A DNA stretch of 36,485 bases from Methylocella sp. (GCA_050728755.1 JBOHJU010000001.1:1-36485); one strand, 5' to 3'; shown: positions 19,433 through 29,404, counted from the first letter of the stretch. Made by a program: numbers and translations. Notes: a model not told the origin generated them from the letters alone.

Positions 19433-21412
19433 TTGCCCTTTGGACAGACGGATTTGCGCCGGCCTAGCGGAGTCGTAGGCGCCTTGCCCTTTACCGGCTC
19501 GCTGCCCAAGGCGCCGGTTAGCCCACATCCGGGAGCGGCCCCAGAGTGGCGCCCCGTCTCTTTGCCGCCCGGACTAGCGTTTCTCACCGCCTATGGCGTG
19601 AGCCCAGCGCTTTTGCTCCGCGCGGCCGCTGAGGCACGCCGGCAAGCCATTGCGCCGGAGGCCGCCCTGCTCGCGAGCGGGTCGATCGGCGACAGTTTCT
19701 ATTATCGTTGTCTCGCGCATCGTCTCGGCGCGGCCTTTATCGGCGGAAAGGCGGCATTAGGCGCCGGTGCGCGCTACCCGCACGCGATCCATGCGGGTCT
19801 CGCGCCGCTCGATAGCGACGCCGGCCCGGAGTGGCTCGCGGCACCGCGCGGTCGATTGCTCGCCCATCTCGTGGCAAGGGCACGCCGCGGCGAGCGCTTA
19901 AGCGGGCGCGTCGCGATCACGACGCCTACGCATATGTCCCGCTTGGTGCGCGCGAGTGCGACCGCGACGATCCTGCGCGAGGCAAGCCTCGGCCTCGCCA
20001 ACCTCGATCCGAGTCTTTCCGCGAAAGCCAGCTCAAGCCAGGCACAACGCGCCGTTGCCATAACGGCCATCGCGGCCTCCACTTTTGCATTTGGCCTAGC
20101 GCCAGAATTTACCCTCGCCATCGTCTCGTTGTCGATGACCTGTTTTTTCGTGGCCTCAATTTGGCTTCGTCTGTTTGCCGGGGCAGCTAGCACTGCTTGC
20201 GGGCTAGAGCCGTTTCGAGCTCGGGTTGAGGATCGCCTTCTGCCGGTCTATTCGGTCGTGGCCGCGCTGCACCGGGAAGCGCGGGTCGTGCCGCAACTCG
20301 CCGCCGCGCTCGACGCGATCGACTATCCGCGCGGCAAGCTCGACATCAAGCTCGTGATCGAGCACGACGATCGCGCGACGCAGCTCGCACTCGAGGCCTT
20401 GAACCTGCCCGCCAACTACGAGGTCGTCGTTGCGCCGGCGGGCTGGCCAAGGACCAAACCGCGCGCGCTAAACATCGCCTTGCCGCTGGTGCGCGGCGAG
20501 CTCCTTGTCGTCTTCGATGCCGAGGACGCTCCTGCGCCGGGCCAATTGCGCGAGGCGGCGGAACGTTTTTTGCGCGCCCCGCGCAAGCTTGCCTGCCTTC
20601 AGGCGCGGCTCGCGATCGACAATATCGAGGATTCCTGGCTGACCCGGCTGTTCGCAATCGAGTATGCGGTTTTGTTCGATGTCCTGAACCCGGGCCTCGC
20701 TGGGCTTGCCCTGCCGCTGCCGCTCGGCGGCTCGTCCAACCATTTTCGCACCGAGGTTTTGCGCGAGGTCTGCGGCTGGGACGCCTGGAACGTGACCGAA
20801 GATGCCGATCTCGGCCTTCGCCTTGCCCGGTTCGGCTATGGCACCGGGATTTTGCCATCGAGCACGCAGGAAGAGGCCCCGGCGCGGATCGATGCGTGGC
20901 TGAGGCAGCGGCGGCGCTGGTCCAAGGGCTGGATGCAGACCTGCATCACGCTCACCCGCGATCCCCGCCGCCTCGTCGCGGAGCTTGGCGTTGCGCACAG
21001 CCTGGCGCTCGCCCTGATGATGATCGGTTTGGTGATTGCGCCGCCGCTTTGGCCATTTTTCACTGCGCTCATGGTCCATGATTTATCGGGCGGCCTGCCG
21101 TCGCCCGCCACCGCCCTTGAACTAATCGAGGCCGTGCTTTGGATGTCGGCGGTGCTGTTCGGAACGGGGTCGATCTTATGGCTCGCGTTGCTCGGCATGA
21201 AGCGGCGCAAGCTGCTTGGACTTTGGCCCTTCCTGCCGCTGCTTCCTTTGTATTATCTGCTAACCTCGGCCGCGGCCTGGTTGGCGCTCTGTGATCTTAT
21301 TTTGCGGCCCTTTCATTGGCACAAGACCGAGCATGGTCTCGCCAAAACCTCGCGGCAAGCCATGCCGGCGCTCGCGGCCAGGGCGGCGGCGGTTGGGGCC
21401 TATCCGCCGTGA
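19433..21412 (+). CDS. Membrane GT2 glycosyltransferase (processive type, D,D,D,QxxRW)
   Basis: TKPRALN, FDAED, GGSSNHF, WDAWNVTEDADLG, QRRRWSKGW and HWHKTEHG motifs with flanking TM helices. Start codon uncertain. Confidence 0.88.
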   Translation: MPFGQTDLRRPSGVVGALPFTGSLPKAPVSPHPGAAPEWRPVSLPPGLAFLTAYGVSPALLLRAAAEARRQAIAPEAALLASGSIGDSFYYRCLAHRLGAAFIGGKAALGAGARYPHAIHAGLAPLDSDAGPEWLAAPRGRLLAHLVARARRGERLSGRVAITTPTHMSRLVRASATATILREASLGLANLDPSLSAKASSSQAQRAVAITAIAASTFAFGLAPEFTLAIVSLSMTCFFVASIWLRLFAGAASTACGLEPFRARVEDRLLPVYSVVAALHREARVVPQLAAALDAIDYPRGKLDIKLVIEHDDRATQLALEALNLPANYEVVVAPAGWPRTKPRALNIALPLVRGELLVVFDAEDAPAPGQLREAAERFLRAPRKLACLQARLAIDNIEDSWLTRLFAIEYAVLFDVLNPGLAGLALPLPLGGSSNHFRTEVLREVCGWDAWNVTEDADLGLRLARFGYGTGILPSSTQEEAPARIDAWLRQRRRWSKGWMQTCITLTRDPRRLVAELGVAHSLALALMMIGLVIAPPLWPFFTALMVHDLSGGLPSPATALELIEAVLWMSAVLFGTGSILWLALLGMKRRKLLGLWPFLPLLPLYYLLTSAAAWLALCDLILRPFHWHKTEHGLAKTSRQAMPALAARAAAVGAYPP

Positions 21413-21414
21413 GG
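21316..21414 (+). repeat. Direct repeat copy 1 (3' end of the GT2 gene)
   Basis: 21316-21380 matches 22909-22973 at 64/65. The next 34 nt match at 24/34 without gaps, including the TGA stop. Confidence 0.95.
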
Positions 21415-21472
21415 CGGGAGCGTGCGAAGCCGCGGAGAACGCCGCAGTGACGGCCGTCGTCGCGACGCGGAA

Positions 21473-21850
21473 TTAGGGGGTCTTCACTCCATTTAAGCCA
21501 ATATCATTTCGCGCTTGCTCATTCTTTCGCGCGATCGCAATTTCGTTGTCGCACGCCGTCTGCGCCATTGCAAATTTCCGCGCCGCGTCGCTCGCAAAAG
21601 CTTGTGACACAGAGGCGAAGGTAGCGTTGGTTTGCGCGGCGTGGCGCAAGACGCTGGTCGTGGCCTCCACTGCCAATGTCTGCAGCAGCTCAGCCTTGCA
21701 CATCTGCAGTAGCTGACCTGCGTTTGGATCGACGAGTACCACTTCCGGCTGGAGATAATTAATAAAATTGACGATTGCGAGTATCGCCGATTGCGGAGAA
21801 TGCAAAGGCTTATTTGAGATGACTGCGCCTCCGTTATTCTCATCACTCAT
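21473..21850 (-). CDS. Hypothetical protein (125 aa)
   Basis: AGAGGT RBS 6 nt before the ATG; starts 31 bp after the Crp/Fnr stop on the same strand. No motif recognised. Confidence 0.6.
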   Translation of the reverse strand: MSDENNGGAVISNKPLHSPQSAILAIVNFINYLQPEVVLVDPNAGQLLQMCKAELLQTLAVEATTSVLRHAAQTNATFASVSQAFASDAARKFAMAQTACDNEIAIARKNEQARNDIGLNGVKTP

Positions 21851-21881
21851 ATCGGCACCTCTGCATATTTTAATAGATAAT

Positions 21882-22610
21882 TCAAGACATCAGCCGCTCC
21901 GATCGCGGCTGCTTCCCAGACCGGGTGGGTTTATGAGTCTGGACTCGCTCGTCGTTCAGAACGACATTCAACAATGAACTGTGGACTGCGATACCGCCGT
22001 CGCCGCCGTTGTAGTCAATGAAGCCCAGTTTTCGGAATTTGTTCATGAAGAAACTCACCCGGGACCGGGTTGTTCCGATCATATCCGCAAGTGTCTCGTG
22101 GCTGATTTTCGCGATCATCGGCTCCGGTTTCACTTCCTTGTCAAAGTTCGCCATCAGCAGGAGCAGCCGGGCAAGCCGTTTCTCACTCGAATTGAGCAGC
22201 TGATCGATGAGGTCTGCCTCGACGCGGATGGCCTGAGCGAGAAGATGGGCCATGAAGATCCCGGAGAACGCTGGCTCCTGTTGGGTCAGGCGGACCATAG
22301 CCGCTTTTTCCAGGCGCACGATGACGGAGTCCATCATCGTCGCTGCCGTCGCAATGCGCTGCGCCTGCCCGGCAAGGCATCCCTCACCGAAGAAATCGTT
22401 CGTTTCAAGAATTGCGACGACTGCTTCCTTGCCTTGCTTCGAAACGACGGTGATCTTCACCTTGCCACTCTGGATGTAGAAGACCGCATCCGCACGGTCT
22501 CCCTGTGCAAAGACGGTCTTGTCCTTGCCGTACATCCCAATGCTGCGGCCCTCGCCAACAAGGGCAAGAAAAGATTTCGGATCGAACACCGGCTCGGGAT
22601 TGAGTGCCAT
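21882..22610 (-). CDS. Crp/Fnr-family transcriptional regulator
   Basis: cNMP-binding-like domain (VFAQGD, VFYIQSGKVK, FFGEGCLAGQ), SEKRLARLLL, and HTH ISHETLADMIGTTRSRVSFFM. Confidence 0.92.
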   Translation of the reverse strand: MALNPEPVFDPKSFLALVGEGRSIGMYGKDKTVFAQGDRADAVFYIQSGKVKITVVSKQGKEAVVAILETNDFFGEGCLAGQAQRIATAATMMDSVIVRLEKAAMVRLTQQEPAFSGIFMAHLLAQAIRVEADLIDQLLNSSEKRLARLLLLMANFDKEVKPEPMIAKISHETLADMIGTTRSRVSFFMNKFRKLGFIDYNGGDGGIAVHSSLLNVVLNDERVQTHKPTRSGKQPRSERLMS

Positions 22611-22908
22611 GAAAAAACTTCTACGCTACGAGTCTCCCGCCGCGGAGGATCGGCGGGCGCTTCTAACTGGCGCGGGCACCAGCAGGAGCCAGAACCTCAC
22701 CAACGCAGCCGAGAGTGTGATGATTACATAACTATTAACAGTGATCAATTATGCCTTTATGCATAGCCGCGATGTCAAAATAACCTCACACATCCCATTG
22801 CGACGCCTTTCAACGGTATGTCGGCGCGACAATCGGCGGACCAAAGTCAGCGTCACATACGAGGCTGCCAGGCTACTGACTGGGCCTATAGGTCATGATC
22901 AACGAGAC

Positions 22909-23007
22909 TTGGCACAAGACCGAGCATGGACTCGCCAAAACCTCGCGGCAAGCCATGCCGGCGCTCGCGGCCAACGCTGCGGCGGTCAGAGCCAATCGCC
23001 TGTGAGG
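22909..23007 (+). repeat. Direct repeat copy 2 (orphan duplicate of the GT2 3' end)
   Basis: Translates WHKTEHGLAKTSRQAMPALAANAAAVRANRL*, versus WHKTEHGLAKTSRQAMPALAARAAAVGAYPP* in the gene. Confidence 0.95.
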
Positions 23008-23027
23008 GGAAGCGGGATGCGATGCCG

Positions 23028-24107
23028 CTACAGCTCACCTTTCGCCGCGAGGATTTTTTCCCGCAAGACACCGGCCATTTCGATTAAGCGGGATTTGTTG
23101 GCCGCCCGGAATTCTTCAAGAGCCCGATCGATGGCCTCAATCGCATCGTCGAGATGGCGCGGCTCGCGATCCTTTTCGAACAGGGCGCGGTAAACGACGG
23201 CGAGATTGTGCTGGGTGACGGCCCACTGGACCGGAACGCGATCGCGGGTCAATTCCTGCATGGCTTCGCGATGGGCTTCGACAGCCTCTTCGAGCAGCGC
23301 CGTGCCACTTTCGCGCGTGCCGAGGTCCTTAAGCGCGGTACCGAGATTGTTTTGGGTCGTGGCCCATTCGAGCGGGCTGCGCGCGCGGGTCAATTCCAGC
23401 AAGGCGTCGCGGTAGGCTTCGACGGCCGCCTCGAGCCGTGCCGTGCCGCTCTCCCGCTCGCCAAGCGTTTCGAGCGCGGCGCCGAGGCTTATTTGGGTCC
23501 TGGCCCATTCGAGGGGCGTGCCCTCGCGGGTGTATTCCTTCAACGCTTCGCGATAGGCTTCGACGGCCTCCTCGAGCCGCGCCGTGCCTTTCTCCCGCTC
23601 GCCGATCACTCTGAGCGCATTGCCGCGATTCATCTGGGCGGCGGCCCAATCGAGCGGCGCTCCCTCCCGGGTATATTCCTCCACGACCTCGCGAAAGGCG
23701 GCAACGGCCTCTTCGAGCCGCGCCGTGCCCTTCTCCCGCTCGCCAAGTCTCGCGAGCGCGTTACCGAGATTCATCTGAGTTGCGGCCCAATCGAGCGGCG
23801 TGCGCGCGCGGGTATATTCCTGCAAGGCTTCGCGATAAACTTCGACGGCCTCCTCGATCCGTGCCGTCCCGCTCTCCCGCTCGCCGAGCGTTTCGAGCGC
23901 AACGGCAAGATTCGTGTGCGCCAAACCCCATTGCAGCGGGCTCTTCGGGCGCGCAAGGGGAGCGAGGCCGCGGCGATAGGTATCGATGGCTTCGATCAGC
24001 GCCCGGTTATCTTCGGACTGCGTCCCTTGCTTCAAAAGTTTGTCGGCCCGATCGAACAGCGCCTCGGCTTCATGCCGCATGACGGGGGCCGCAATGCCTG
24101 CGCTCAT
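23028..24107 (-). CDS. Tetratricopeptide-like repeat protein
   Basis: About 6 tandem 47-aa units (PLxWAxTQxNLGxALxxLGERExGTARLEEAVxAYREAL). The DNA period is 141 bp (CTCCCGCTCGCC at 23451, 23592, 23733, 23874). Start placed at ATG 24107 after GAAGGGA. Confidence 0.85.
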   Translation of the reverse strand: MSAGIAAPVMRHEAEALFDRADKLLKQGTQSEDNRALIEAIDTYRRGLAPLARPKSPLQWGLAHTNLAVALETLGERESGTARIEEAVEVYREALQEYTRARTPLDWAATQMNLGNALARLGEREKGTARLEEAVAAFREVVEEYTREGAPLDWAAAQMNRGNALRVIGEREKGTARLEEAVEAYREALKEYTREGTPLEWARTQISLGAALETLGERESGTARLEAAVEAYRDALLELTRARSPLEWATTQNNLGTALKDLGTRESGTALLEEAVEAHREAMQELTRDRVPVQWAVTQHNLAVVYRALFEKDREPRHLDDAIEAIDRALEEFRAANKSRLIEMAGVLREKILAAKGEL

Positions 24108-24310
24108 GGCTTTCCCTTCTGGCTCGCCTCCGGCGTCCCGGTTGAATTTCACCAGTCCCCAGCCGGGCCACCAGTGGCCGGCAAAAAACGTTGCGCCGGC
24201 GTAAAGGAACGCGAAGACCCGGCCAACTCCGGTCAGTGAAGGCTTTCGATGCTTTGATCGCCAATATTTTCGAAAAAATTGCCATGGCGATTCTCGTTTA
24301 TTTATGTGTA

Positions 24311-24360
24311 CGCAGGATCTAAGCCAAAAAGTCTGCGACTTTATTAAGATCATGCTTTAA
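24311..24360. repeat. RIME/MITE-like intergenic repeat, copy B (degenerate)
   Basis: CGCAGGATCTAAGCCAAAAAGTCTGCGACTTT is 26/32 identical to 1485-1516; it ends GATCATGCTTTA. Confidence 0.65.
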
Positions 24361-24407
24361 TTCCCACGCACCGTTCAGTTGCGCATGCCAAGCGCAAGGC
24401 GCGGCAG

Positions 24408-25106
24408 TCAAAACGACAAGGCCTCGCCCGCGCGGGGAACGGCAACTTTTGTCGCATGGCCTTGCATCGCCGCGATGAAGTGGCTTGCGTCCTGGTCGAG
24501 AAGATCAAAGGTCCCATAGTGGCACGGGACAACGGTATCGAATTTAAAGAAGCGCTTGACCGCGAGCGCCGCCGTCCGCCCGCTCATGGTGAAACGGTCA
24601 CCGATTGGCACAAGGCCGATCCTGGGCGAATGAATCTCCGCGATCAGAGCCATATCGGAGAACACATCGGTATCGCCCATATGGTAAATCGAAGGCGCAT
24701 CCCTTGGCTTGACGACAATGCCATTCGCACTACCGAGATAGATGGATTGGCCATTGAGGACGGTTCCCGACGAATGCAACGCCTGGGTGAGGCTCACGCT
24801 AAACGCACCGCAATCGATCGTGCCCCCGGTGTTGCCGGGGTTGATATTCTCCGCGCCTTGCGCGTTCAAATACATACAGATTTCGAAATTCGAAATGACC
24901 TGCGCGCCGGTCGTCTTGGCGATCTTGGCAGCATCGCCGATATGATCGTCATGGCCGTGGCTCAACACGATGTGAGTCGCCCCCGCCGCCGCCATTGCCG
25001 CGTCGCCGGTGAATTTAGGATTGCCGGTGAGAAATGGGTCGATTAAAATGACCGCTGCGCCGAGCTCGATGCGGAAAGCCGAGTGGCCGAGCCAAATCAG
25101 GTTCAT
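24408..25106 (-). CDS. Metal-dependent hydrolase, metallo-beta-lactamase fold (UPF0173-like)
   Basis: WLGHSAF, IDPFL, SHGHDDHIGD, HSS, YHMGDT, PIGDRFTM and PCHYGTF motifs. Confidence 0.9.
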   Translation of the reverse strand: MNLIWLGHSAFRIELGAAVILIDPFLTGNPKFTGDAAMAAAGATHIVLSHGHDDHIGDAAKIAKTTGAQVISNFEICMYLNAQGAENINPGNTGGTIDCGAFSVSLTQALHSSGTVLNGQSIYLGSANGIVVKPRDAPSIYHMGDTDVFSDMALIAEIHSPRIGLVPIGDRFTMSGRTAALAVKRFFKFDTVVPCHYGTFDLLDQDASHFIAAMQGHATKVAVPRAGEALSF

Positions 25107-25340
25107 GGGGGGTTTCCTTCAAGCGGCAAGAGCATACGCACACGCTCTTCAGAATTCAACTAGATCAGTTCCGATCAAATTGCTTTAATACCCGGCGGCG
25201 CCGAAATAATTCCCCCTCGCCCGGCGGTCTTGTCTCCCAGCGACGCGGGGTTCCTTTTTTCGCGTCGTGGGTTCGGGTGACGAGACCCACGCTGCGAGAT
25301 GTTCAGAATCGGCGACAGGTAATGATCGCGCCGCGGTTTC

Positions 25341-25673
25341 CTAGAAACAGCGAACTTCGGCCTCGGACTCCGCCCGATGGAGATCGGCCAGCATGGCCTT
25401 CAACTGCTCGCTCCCGCGAAACATGGTCCCGATTTGGCCCCGCGCCTGATTCAGGCTCGCCACGGTTTGCGCCGCCACATAACGGTCGTAAGGCAGCAAC
25501 GATGCAATGACATCGATCGAACAAGAACAGCGCCGCAGGATCTCGGGGGTTTCGCCATTGGTCTTCATGCAGACGAAGACATAGTCGGCGCGCGCCTCGG
25601 TGGGGTAATCGTTAGTGGCCGCCACGGCTAGCGACGCGGCAAGGATCAAAACGCAAGCGCCTACGATCTTCAT
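25341..25673 (-). CDS. Small secreted four-Cys hypothetical protein
   Basis: Signal peptide MKIVGACVLILAASLAVAA; mature region NDYPTEARADYVFVCM...RCSCSID...EVRCF. Confidence 0.8.
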   Translation of the reverse strand: MKIVGACVLILAASLAVAATNDYPTEARADYVFVCMKTNGETPEILRRCSCSIDVIASLLPYDRYVAAQTVASLNQARGQIGTMFRGSEQLKAMLADLHRAESEAEVRCF

Positions 25674-25829
25674 TGCTTTCGCTTTACCTCATTGGACCGG
25701 GGACGGCAATTTACGTAGGGAACCGGCGCGGAAGATTAAGCGAGAACTCTTCGTGGCAGCGGCGCGGGCTTAAGCTCCACTCCAATCATTATTGGACCCG
25801 CCGCTCCGGACGCTACGGCGCCAACCTTA

Positions 25830-27071
25830 TCAAGTTTTTGCATGCGCCAAAAGCGCATCGATATAGGCGCCGGGGCTATGGCTGTGCACGAAATTCTTCG
25901 CGCGCTCCGCCGCGCGCGCCTTGCATGCCGGAAGACGCGGTATGAGCCTGGCGATGGCGGCGGCCAACGCTTCGCTTGTGTAGGGCGCGAAGACCTCGCC
26001 TTCGGCTTGATTGTTCTCGACGCTGGTTCCAGCAAACGTGCCTCTTGATGCGACGACGGGACGTCCGGCGGCAACCGATTCAGCAAAAATTCCTGACCCG
26101 CGCGCGGGGCCAAAGGCAACCGGATCGTAGGGCAACAGCATTACGTCCGTGCGGCCGGCCCAGGCGGCGTAATCCTCGCATGAAAGTATTCCTTCCAAGA
26201 AGCGCACATCTCTTAGCGCGCGCAACGCGCATTCCGCTTCGATCGTGCGCTGTTCCCAGCGGCTGTGCTGAATCTGAACGATGAACTCGGCGTCGAGCCC
26301 CTCACGCTGGCAAACTGCGATTGCCTTCGGCAAGAGGTGAAAGCCCTTGTCGCATTTCGAATCGCCGAAGAATCCCACGCGGACCCTGCCTTCGATTCTT
26401 CGTTCAGGTCCCGAAGCGCCAAAAGGGACGGGCAAAATCCGCGTCCGGATGCCAAAGTCCTTGCTATACAACGTGCGCATCGCTTCGTTTTCCACGGTGA
26501 AGAAGAGAGAGCGGCCGATTAGCGGTGCCGCCAGCTTAAAGGCAATGCGGTAGAATTTTTCTCCATGCGTCGAAGCTGTTCCCCACGGCACAAAGCTTGG
26601 CGGAAACATCAACTGGCAGACGACGCGGGGAAGCCGGCCGCGCGGCATCGTGCGCAAGAAGCGAACCAGCCCAAGAATCTGGTTTTGCGAAATCGCCACC
26701 ACGCCGACGAGATTGTCCGGCTGCCAAATGTCCAAAGGTAAGGCTCGAAGATCCCGCTCGAAGGCGTCGTTGAGCGCCGTCCAGCTTCTTGGTTCAGACC
26801 GGATCGAGCCGCCGGCCGGAGCGCCGCGAAGAACCGCCGCGATGGATCGCAGCTGCTTTTCGCCCCACGAAAGATCCACGCCATCATACAACGACCGGCT
26901 GAAATGCGGGATAGCGCCGATCTCTGCGGAAATCGACGTATCGAGACCGCTCAAGCCAAAAATGCGGTAGCGCAATTCCCGTCGCGCTAAGGCCCCAGCC
27001 ACTGTCTTGGCTAGCCTGTAACTATGTCCGGCCTTGGTCGCCAATCCGCTGTCGAGGAGGATGAGTTCCAT
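25830..27071 (-). CDS. GT-B fold (GT4-like) glycosyltransferase
   Basis: N-terminal LLDSGLATKAGHS; C-terminal GFFGDSKCDKGFHLL and DVMLLPYD...RGSGIFAESVAAGRPVV. Start is 27071 or 27122; the track's 27374 start overlaps the divergent gene. Confidence 0.82.
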   Translation of the reverse strand: MELILLDSGLATKAGHSYRLAKTVAGALARRELRYRIFGLSGLDTSISAEIGAIPHFSRSLYDGVDLSWGEKQLRSIAAVLRGAPAGGSIRSEPRSWTALNDAFERDLRALPLDIWQPDNLVGVVAISQNQILGLVRFLRTMPRGRLPRVVCQLMFPPSFVPWGTASTHGEKFYRIAFKLAAPLIGRSLFFTVENEAMRTLYSKDFGIRTRILPVPFGASGPERRIEGRVRVGFFGDSKCDKGFHLLPKAIAVCQREGLDAEFIVQIQHSRWEQRTIEAECALRALRDVRFLEGILSCEDYAAWAGRTDVMLLPYDPVAFGPARGSGIFAESVAAGRPVVASRGTFAGTSVENNQAEGEVFAPYTSEALAAAIARLIPRLPACKARAAERAKNFVHSHSPGAYIDALLAHAKT

Positions 27072-27192
27072 TGAGACTTTCTCGCGTATTCGCACTATGA
27101 TAGCAATGAACCGATCGTTCATATCCTGAAATCGCCGGTAGCTGTTCAAAGCGGTGCACTTCAAATACGAAACAATCGACGCGGAGTTGAAT

Positions 27193-28194
27193 GTGTTATT
27201 TGGACAAAGACGTATCCTGGTCACCGGTGGCGCGGGCTTTCTCGGGACGCATCTTTGCCGGCGCCTGCTTGACCAGGGCCACGAGATTCTTTGCGCCGAT
27301 AATTTTTCCACGGGATCACGCCGCAACATCGAGGATTTCCTCGGCAACAGGCGCTTCGAGGTGCTCCGCCACAACGTGACGTTTCCGCTTTTTGTCGAAG
27401 TGGATGAGATTTATAACCTCGCTTGTCCGGCCTCGCCGGTCCATTATCAGTTCGACCCGGTTCAGACGACGAAGACGAGCGTGTCTGGTGCGATCAACAT
27501 GCTTGGCCTTGCCAAGCGCCTCAAGATCCGCATCTTGCAAGCCTCCACATCCGAGGTCTATGGCGATCCCGCCGTCCATCCGCAGACCGAGGACTATTGG
27601 GGCAATGTAAATCCGATCGGCAGCAGATCCTGCTACGACGAGGGCAAGCGCTGCGCCGAAACTCTGTTTTTCGACTATCGCCGTCAGCATGGAATGAGCA
27701 TCAAGGTCGCGCGAATTTTCAATACTTATGGCCCCTATATGCGCCCAGACGACGGCCGCGTCGTGTCAAATTTCATCTGCCAGGCCTTGCTTGGAAAAGA
27801 CATCACCATCTTCGGCGAGGGCCTGCAGACGCGATCCTTCTGCTACGTGACCGATTTGATCGACGGACTGGACCGCCTCATGAATTCGCAGGAAGAAATC
27901 TCCGGACCGGTCAACCTCGGAAACCCGCGCGAATTCACAATTCGCGAATTGGCGGACAAGATCCTCGCGATCACCGGCTCGAAATCGGCGATCGTCGCGA
28001 GGCCCTTGCCCGAAGACGATCCAAAACAGCGCCAGCCCGATATCGCCCTTGCCGAAAAGCTGCTCTGTTGGCGCCCCACAGTCGAATTGGACGAGGGTTT
28101 GCGATACACGGTCGCGTATTTCGAGACGCTTTTGTGCGAGCATGGCAAGAGCGCCGCCGGCAACATGAAACTTCACCGCTCCACCGCGAGATGA
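27193..28194 (+). CDS. uxs: UDP-glucuronate decarboxylase (UDP-xylose synthase)-like SDR
   Basis: [43 protein letters not shown] and DDGRVVSNF motifs. GTG 27193 follows GGAG. Confidence 0.88.
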   Translation: MLFGQRRILVTGGAGFLGTHLCRRLLDQGHEILCADNFSTGSRRNIEDFLGNRRFEVLRHNVTFPLFVEVDEIYNLACPASPVHYQFDPVQTTKTSVSGAINMLGLAKRLKIRILQASTSEVYGDPAVHPQTEDYWGNVNPIGSRSCYDEGKRCAETLFFDYRRQHGMSIKVARIFNTYGPYMRPDDGRVVSNFICQALLGKDITIFGEGLQTRSFCYVTDLIDGLDRLMNSQEEISGPVNLGNPREFTIRELADKILAITGSKSAIVARPLPEDDPKQRQPDIALAEKLLCWRPTVELDEGLRYTVAYFETLLCEHGKSAAGNMKLHRSTAR

Positions 28195-28225
28195 TCAAAG
28201 GAACGGCCGGGAAATTGAGGCAAGT

Positions 28226-29404
28226 TCAGCTTCGCTTTGCCGTCGCGTGCTTGAGGCAGGCCTTCAAGATCACGTGCGGGGCCACCTTGAGCCGGTTCAA
28301 CAAGCCTATAAAATTGGACAATCCAAGCGCGGGCGCGAGCGTGGCGGCTTCGGTGACAACCTTGCCCGCGAGGTAAGAGCGGCATCCTGGGACAATCGAC
28401 GGAAGCCGGGGCCAAGCGTCGTCCATCGCTTTTAACGCATTTATATAATGTCCAGGCGAAGGCATTTTCTGCAGGAAGAGCGGCGCGTTCGCGATCAGAT
28501 GATTCATGATCATTTTGCGGCCCAACTGATTATGATCGGATGGGGTGTTTCTGTCGTAACTGAGCACATCGTTGAGATGCGGATGCTTCGAAAACGCATT
28601 CATCCCATGCAGCCGGTAGACCCCAAGCGGGCGGTCGATCACAACGCTTCCCGTCACGATGTTCACGCCGCGAAGGAGATAGGCGTCCGTGCAACTGCGG
28701 AGCGCGGCTAATTCCTCGTTTTTCAAGAGAAGCTGAAGCGCGTCCCGGCGAAAGCAATTGCCCGAAGTCGGCGCCCACATCCAGTCACCGGCATCGCTAC
28801 GTTCGACGAGATGGACCTGATCTTCGAGCGCGGCGTCGGGACTGCGCAGCGGCCACATGGAAGGTGCGCTTTCGTCGATCCGCCGCAAGAGACCAGGCCT
28901 GTTTCCGCGGCCAGACCGCACGAATTCACTCAGATAGGCAATCGTGCCGAGCACCAGGCGCGATTGGACAGCCTGAATCATGTCCGACGAAGAGAAGCCG
29001 ACCGGAATCCGGAGCGACAAATGGACGAAAATGTGAGTCTCTATGAAAGCCGGCAGCAGAACGTCATCCGCGTCGAGGAAAACGGCATATTCTCCCGAGC
29101 TTGCCTCGAAGCCCTCTTTCAAGGCTATGCTTTGACCGCCATTTTCGCTGCGCCGCAATATGACTGCGCTTGGATATTGCCTTGAAAGATCGAGGAGGAT
29201 GTCGCCGCTGTCGTCCGTCGAAGCATTATCGACTATAATGCACTCAATAGTAGGGTAGTTTTGTGCGAATACCGAATCAACCGCCTCCCGTAGAAAGCGC
29301 CCGTAGTTGTAATTTATAATAATTACGCTTACCAAAGGCAAGCTGAACTTGTTAAGTTTTACATCGTACGTGCTCTGGAAACGGATTTCCAGATTATCGT
29401 CCAT
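28226..29404 (-). CDS. GT2 (GT-A) glycosyltransferase
   Basis: VSVIIINYNYGRFL, IVDNASTDDS, FLDADD and YRLHG motifs. Start is 29404 or 29452. Confidence 0.88.
   Translation of the reverse strand: MDDNLEIRFQSTYDVKLNKFSLPLVSVIIINYNYGRFLREAVDSVFAQNYPTIECIIVDNASTDDSGDILLDLSRQYPSAVILRRSENGGQSIALKEGFEASSGEYAVFLDADDVLLPAFIETHIFVHLSLRIPVGFSSSDMIQAVQSRLVLGTIAYLSEFVRSGRGNRPGLLRRIDESAPSMWPLRSPDAALEDQVHLVERSDAGDWMWAPTSGNCFRRDALQLLLKNEELAALRSCTDAYLLRGVNIVTGSVVIDRPLGVYRLHGMNAFSKHPHLNDVLSYDRNTPSDHNQLGRKMIMNHLIANAPLFLQKMPSPGHYINALKAMDDAWPRLPSIVPGCRSYLAGKVVTEAATLAPALGLSNFIGLLNRLKVAPHVILKACLKHATAKRS

Noticed and set aside
23300..23950. Regular 141-bp repeats as a possible CRISPR array
   Set aside because: They are degenerate in-frame coding repeats with no unique spacers and no cas genes.
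24108..24353. ORF-track start MILIKSQTFW for the TPR protein
   Set aside because: This start lies inside repeat copy B, so it is probably not the true start.
25161..25182. TAGATCAGTTCCGATCAAATTG as another MITE end
   Set aside because: No partner inverted repeat or second copy in the window; too short to support.
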